Assembly (NCBI GenBank): GCA_015661075.1
Contig: JACVQJ010000001.1
Location: 15,298-79,297, forward strand
Reading direction: 5' to 3'
Length of the DNA: 64,000 nucleotides
Source: Parachlamydiales bacterium
GTDB lineage: Bacteria; Chlamydiota; Chlamydiia; Chlamydiales; SM23-39
The notes beneath the pieces were generated by a model. It was not told the DNA's origin and made no database searches. It saw only the letters and a list, made by a program, of their open reading frames with translations. The translations under genes and the position numbers were made by a program. This document shows positions 59,609 through 64,000 of the stretch, piece after piece. How positions within the stretch are numbered: position 1 is the stretch's first letter; every line of letters begins with the position of its first letter.

Positions 59609-61540
59609 TTAAATTTTAGGTCTTTTCATCTGCAGGGGATTGAACAGCCTGCCTCCGCCCTCAAAACAGAAATGATACCATTCAAGAAAATTGAGACGCA
59701 GACCATGAATCATTCCTCCCATTGTGCAAAGGCAGAGGTTCGCCAAATGGCCAATGAAAATAATAAAACAACCAATGAATAGGCCAAAATGCCCCCCCAG
59801 CTCATTGAACGTCGACGCCATCAGTACCCCCGCGAGTCCCAAGGCATAGAGGCGCAAATAAGACAGGATATCCCCAAAAATCTTTGTTACATGCATCACT
59901 TCGCCCAATGCGCTTTTCAGCCCATGTTGAATCATTGCTGCGATGATAACGATCACAAATCCTAAGGCTAGAAGCCACAGCCCCCATCGCTCAGCCATTA
60001 ATGGAGAAACCCAACCCATAAAATTGGCAATCGTCACGGTTTTTAATATAGTCACAGGTAAAAAGAGATAGCCACCAATCATCACAGCGATCCAACCGAT
60101 GCCGGACCAGCTGCGCTTGAGCGAGCGAGCAAAGGATAGAGAAAGATGGATGATACCCATCAGGAGTGCAACCTCCATCATAATATTATCAGTGAACGAG
60201 TCGAGCACCACATATTTTCTTACGCCATTTTGCATCGTGCTGGCTTTTTCGAAAAAGTCCTCAGCATCTTGGGCCGATGAGATTTGAGGAAACCGGTGCA
60301 AAATTTCCTGATAATTGCTGTCTTTGGTCTGCATGACATACTCAGCCTTATGCCGGACGAGATAATCCATCACCGAAAATTTGCGAAAAAAACTGTCCGG
60401 CGGAATTTCCAATCCGAAAACATTCGATGTCGCAATCCCCCAAATGATGGAGGCACTAGCCAAAATCAGGGACAGCTTAATCAGGCGTTTGCCTTTTCCA
60501 CTGATGCGGGGAAATTTCCATTTTAAAAAGAGCCCCAACGCCAGAAAAATGAGCCCATAGCCCGCATCGGAAACGATCATGGCGAAAAAGATCGAAAAAA
60601 AGACGAGCACCCACGCTGACGGATCCTTATCGTGGATGGATGGCGCGTCGTAGATATGGACCAAATCTTCTCCGATTTTCGCCGGACCCGTATTTTCCAT
60701 ACAGGTCGGAATTATATCCTTCGGCTCGATAGCGATCGGCTCGCAGTACACCGGCAGGCCGCTGAGAAGGCCCATAAGCCCTTTCACACGAGTTGCAGGC
60801 ACCCATGCCTCAATGGCGAACACAGCGTTGCCCATCGGATAGCAGGCGTCGTGCTTGGCCGAATCCAGATGATGATCGTTGAGACAGTCGATGAGGCCCT
60901 CTTGCAAGAAAGACAAATTGATAGCCAGGCATTTCAGCTCGGCTTCCATGCCTGCGATGCGGCTTTGCACTTCATGGAGATGCACGCGCAGCTCGCCGAG
61001 AGGCCTACTGATCTGAATTTCGATCATGTGAGGATACTGTTTTTTCTCCTCATTGATTGCGACGTAATAATCCAGATCGTATTCAGTGGCCACCCAAAGC
61101 AATTCCGGCGGGGTAGCCAGATCATTGGCGAGATCGCTCTTGAGACAAAAAAACTGAAGAATTCTACGGCCCTCTTTTTCTAGTTGGACCGCATCCTGTT
61201 TCGAAAAATCGCCGAAAGGAGCGATCCGGGCGATTTCAGTCGTCAAAACTCGCTGATCTTCCAGATGGCGCTCCAGCGCCATATTCAACTGAACCACTCT
61301 TTCGGCCAAAGCCACCGGATTGGACGCGACAGCCAACTCGATCCCATGCTCCGCACCCTCCCACATCCGCAAAATCTTGATCGCAGACAAGATGTTTTTG
61401 ACACTCTGGGGCACTTCAAGAGCCTTTTTATGCCAGATGCCGATGAACTCAAGAAAGCCGGCCCTCTGCGCCAGAGAGAAAAAACGATCCATCTGATCTT
61501 TGGCGCCGTAGATCAAATATTTATGCATATCGACGATCAT
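59609..61540 (-). CDS. atpI: V-type ATP synthase subunit I
   Basis: 643 aa. Soluble N-terminal half plus a polytopic C-terminal half ('YLRLYALGLAG', 'GLRLNFLEW'). Confidence 0.85.
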   Translation of the reverse strand: MIVDMHKYLIYGAKDQMDRFFSLAQRAGFLEFIGIWHKKALEVPQSVKNILSAIKILRMWEGAEHGIELAVASNPVALAERVVQLNMALERHLEDQRVLTTEIARIAPFGDFSKQDAVQLEKEGRRILQFFCLKSDLANDLATPPELLWVATEYDLDYYVAINEEKKQYPHMIEIQISRPLGELRVHLHEVQSRIAGMEAELKCLAINLSFLQEGLIDCLNDHHLDSAKHDACYPMGNAVFAIEAWVPATRVKGLMGLLSGLPVYCEPIAIEPKDIIPTCMENTGPAKIGEDLVHIYDAPSIHDKDPSAWVLVFFSIFFAMIVSDAGYGLIFLALGLFLKWKFPRISGKGKRLIKLSLILASASIIWGIATSNVFGLEIPPDSFFRKFSVMDYLVRHKAEYVMQTKDSNYQEILHRFPQISSAQDAEDFFEKASTMQNGVRKYVVLDSFTDNIMMEVALLMGIIHLSLSFARSLKRSWSGIGWIAVMIGGYLFLPVTILKTVTIANFMGWVSPLMAERWGLWLLALGFVIVIIAAMIQHGLKSALGEVMHVTKIFGDILSYLRLYALGLAGVLMASTFNELGGHFGLFIGCFIIFIGHLANLCLCTMGGMIHGLRLNFLEWYHFCFEGGGRLFNPLQMKRPKI

Positions 61541-62148
61541 TGTTGCCCCCGACGAGCGATAATCTTCGACTTGGCCACTTTTGCCTGGGCGACCGCCGCG
61601 AGCTGCTGATCGCCGAGAAAAATGCGGATTTTTTTTATGTTTTGCATGGAGCGGGGGATCAGGATTTTTTCAAAGAGATTGACCCGGATCGATACTTCCC
61701 TGAGCTCCTTTTCCAACGCGCGCTTTTTCTCTAGCGCCACGTTAATCTTTTCCCGCGCGACGATCATGCTCCGCAGCAGCTCCACAGCTGATTCCGTCCA
61801 GACGGGAGTGTCGCACATAAAATAGACGATCTCTTGGAATTGCACTGTTTCCAATATCGGAATCTCGATCCCCGCGATGTTCTCATAACGCTTTTTTACG
61901 TGCTGGATTACAGCGAAATTGTTCAGGTTGACGCTGACTTTTTCCACAAAAAACGCACTGAAAGACTCGACTTTCCATTTGATCTGGATAAAATCCTGTT
62001 TCAAAGAAATAATTTCGGACAATACGTTACTGACCTCATACTGCAAAAGGGATTTTTTCAGCTGCAGCGTCGGCAAATATCGTCTCAGCTGAGTTAAGCG
62101 CATCTGCTGGTTGCGCAATTCATTTTTGGTCAGTTTCAATGCGCTCAT
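61537..62148 (-). CDS. atpD: V-type ATP synthase subunit D
   Basis: 203 aa coiled-coil protein ('[29 protein letters not shown]'). 4-nt overlaps with both neighbours. Confidence 0.85.
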   Translation of the reverse strand: MSALKLTKNELRNQQMRLTQLRRYLPTLQLKKSLLQYEVSNVLSEIISLKQDFIQIKWKVESFSAFFVEKVSVNLNNFAVIQHVKKRYENIAGIEIPILETVQFQEIVYFMCDTPVWTESAVELLRSMIVAREKINVALEKKRALEKELREVSIRVNLFEKILIPRSMQNIKKIRIFLGDQQLAAVAQAKVAKSKIIARRGQQ

Positions 62149-63461
62149 CGATCCGGCGACACCTCTTTAGGCCAGAATTTATCGGCGATCTGCTTTTTGA
62201 TGCCGACCTCTTCCAGTTTAAATATTTCAGCCATGGTCATCCATCCGAGATCGAGGGCCGCTTCGAGTGCCAAATTCACATTCAGATTCATCATGCGCTC
62301 TTCGAAGAGAATCGAATAGCGGAGCAGTTTTTCGTCCCAGCGGGATAATTTGAAGCCCATCGCCTGGCGCTCGCGCGCCTTTTTCGATTCGGCATACAGG
62401 CGGATCATCGTATTGGCGAGCTCGTTGTGATCCTCGCGCGTCACTTTTCCAATCACCTGCTGCTTGAGACGGGAGAGCGATCCGAAGGGATCGATCATTC
62501 CATTATGCAGGTAAAATTGGCCTTCCGTGATGTAGCCGGTATTGTCAGGGATGGGGTGTGTGACGTCGCCGCCCGGCATGGTGGTGACCGAAATAATCGT
62601 GATCGATCCGCCGCCATCGATGTCAACCGCTTTTTCATAGCGGGCCGCCAGATCGGAATAGAGAGAGCCTGGATAGCCGCGGTTCGAGGGAATCTGGTCC
62701 ATCGTAATCGCGATCTCCTTGATCGCATCGGCAAACGCCGTCATGTCGGTCATCAAAACCAGGACGTCTTTGCCCTCCAAAGCAAATTTTTCAGCGACGG
62801 CCAGAGACATGTCAGGAACGAGCAGGCATTCGACGGACGGATCTGTCGCCTGATGGATAAACATGACGCTTTTTTCCATCGACCCTTCTTTCTCGGCGTT
62901 TTCAATGAATGCCTGGTAATCGTCGAACCTCAAACCCATTCCTGCGATAACGACAACGTCGGCATTGGTCTGATTCGCAATGCGCATCAGCAGAGCATTG
63001 TAGGGCTCGCCCGCCACGGAAAAGATGGGAATTTTTTGGGATTTAACCAAACAATTGAAGACATCGATCATCGGAATATTGGTACGCACCAATTGCCGCG
63101 GAATAATCCGGCGCAAGGGATTGAACGAAGGCTGTCCGATATCAATCGGCTCTCCGAAAATAACGGGGCCGTTATCGATCGGCACCCCGGCTCCATTGAG
63201 ACGGCGCCCGAGAAGCGCCGGAGAAAATGTGGCCTGGACGAGACGGCCAAGGAACGTCACGTGGTCGCCTGTCGAAATACCTCGTGTATTTTCAAACACC
63301 TGCAACGTAACGAGGTCCCCATCGAAATTCAAAACGGATGCGTATGTCGCGGTTCCGTTGCTCTTCTGGACGAGCGCAATTTCGCCCAGGCCAACGTTTT
63401 CAGCGACAACAGTGATTAAATTACCCCGCATATCGACAATTTTTTCGTAGACCTTTCTCAT
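62145..63461 (-). CDS. atpB: V-type ATP synthase subunit B
   Basis: 438 aa. '[15 protein letters not shown]', '[12 protein letters not shown]', '[22 protein letters not shown]'. Confidence 0.95.
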   Translation of the reverse strand: MRKVYEKIVDMRGNLITVVAENVGLGEIALVQKSNGTATYASVLNFDGDLVTLQVFENTRGISTGDHVTFLGRLVQATFSPALLGRRLNGAGVPIDNGPVIFGEPIDIGQPSFNPLRRIIPRQLVRTNIPMIDVFNCLVKSQKIPIFSVAGEPYNALLMRIANQTNADVVVIAGMGLRFDDYQAFIENAEKEGSMEKSVMFIHQATDPSVECLLVPDMSLAVAEKFALEGKDVLVLMTDMTAFADAIKEIAITMDQIPSNRGYPGSLYSDLAARYEKAVDIDGGGSITIISVTTMPGGDVTHPIPDNTGYITEGQFYLHNGMIDPFGSLSRLKQQVIGKVTREDHNELANTMIRLYAESKKARERQAMGFKLSRWDEKLLRYSILFEERMMNLNVNLALEAALDLGWMTMAEIFKLEEVGIKKQIADKFWPKEVSPDR

Positions 63462-64000
63462 GCGTGTACAGCCTTTTTCGTCTCGATCATTTTTTTAATC
63501 TGATGAACCGTCTCGTTGTAGCGGTCGGAGCGGAAGGGCAAATAGTTGAGATTGCGCACTTCGTTTTGCAAACCCAAAAAGTAACCCCGCGCCTCATCAT
63601 GCGTATCGAAGTGGAAATGGGCATCGAAAATGGATTGGATCAGGCGGAACGATTCAATTTGCCGCTCCATGGGGCAGTAGCAATCCTCTTTATCAAAGGC
63701 GTTTTGCTGAAGATAGCAGATTTCATAGAGTTCCGCCTTGAGATAGATAACCATGTCCTCCAGAGCCACCCCTTCTTCGCCAACGACCTCCATCCGCTTG
63801 CCGATCTCATCGCCTTTTCGCAAATAATTCGCCGCGTTTTGAACGCGATCGACCCATCCCGAGAGCTGCTCTTCGAACTCGACTCCAATCCCTTTCAAAT
63901 ATTTCGACCAGGAGATCAATGGATCAACAGCCGGATAGCGGCGGGCATCGGATCTGGCCCGCGACAGGCCATGGAAAGCGCCGACGATGGCCAGGGAGGC
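63458..64000 (-). CDS. atpA: V-type ATP synthase subunit A, C-terminal part (5' end outside the window)
   Basis: The frame stays open to base 64000. '...[15 protein letters not shown]' and the following helical C-terminal domain match V/A-type catalytic subunits. Confidence 0.9.
   Translation of the reverse strand, partial: ASLAIVGAFHGLSRARSDARRYPAVDPLISWSKYLKGIGVEFEEQLSGWVDRVQNAANYLRKGDEIGKRMEVVGEEGVALEDMVIYLKAELYEICYLQQNAFDKEDCYCPMERQIESFRLIQSIFDAHFHFDTHDEARGYFLGLQNEVRNLNYLPFRSDRYNETVHQIKKMIETKKAVHA

Overview
This is a chromosomal window of about 70 genes. Gene content and order point to an environmental member of the phylum Chlamydiota (inference, no search was run).

Evidence for that placement:
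- a fused tandem-duplicated UvrA of 1883 aa with four Walker A motifs
- the order pknD-(NUDIX)-valS ... V-type ATPase atpK-I-D-B-A
- the cdaA(dacA)-ybbR c-di-AMP pair
- a thrS-like/infC/rpmI/rplT/pheS cluster
- folC-PHP-murB-nusB, pyk, trpS, fumC, a DAHP synthase and an LpxL-like acyltransferase

The housekeeping backbone is interrupted by visibly AT-richer accessory islets:
1. A tRNA-Ser(UGA)-linked islet with an overlapping DprA(SLOG)-like + phosphoribosyltransferase-like gene pair and a recombinase remnant. This is my best candidate for a poorly described conflict or defence module.
2. A 1787-aa RHS/YD-repeat toxin with an unassigned 245-aa C-terminal domain and a downstream HEAT-like immunity gene.
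3. A roughly 5-kb islet (hipBA, a small ORF, and a wHTH-Fic protein whose catalytic His is replaced). It is bracketed by two ~600-bp direct repeats that encode paralogous membrane/coiled-coil proteins.
4. A DUF4160/DUF2442 pair and a canonical Fic gene.

A family of about 140-nt three-hairpin repeats occurs four times in intergenic DNA. Compensatory base changes preserve the stems, and two copies exactly bracket hipBA.

Other oddities:
- a degenerate but intact ThrRS-like ORF in the ancestral thrS position
- a 132-bp nested palindrome
- four phased TGGCCGTAT direct repeats in front of the Fic-like gene
- several head-to-head and tail-to-tail gene overlaps

No CRISPR array, rRNA or intact transposase was seen. 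All coordinates of non-ORF features were hand-counted and may be off by a base or two. Family assignments rest on motifs I recognise, not on searches.
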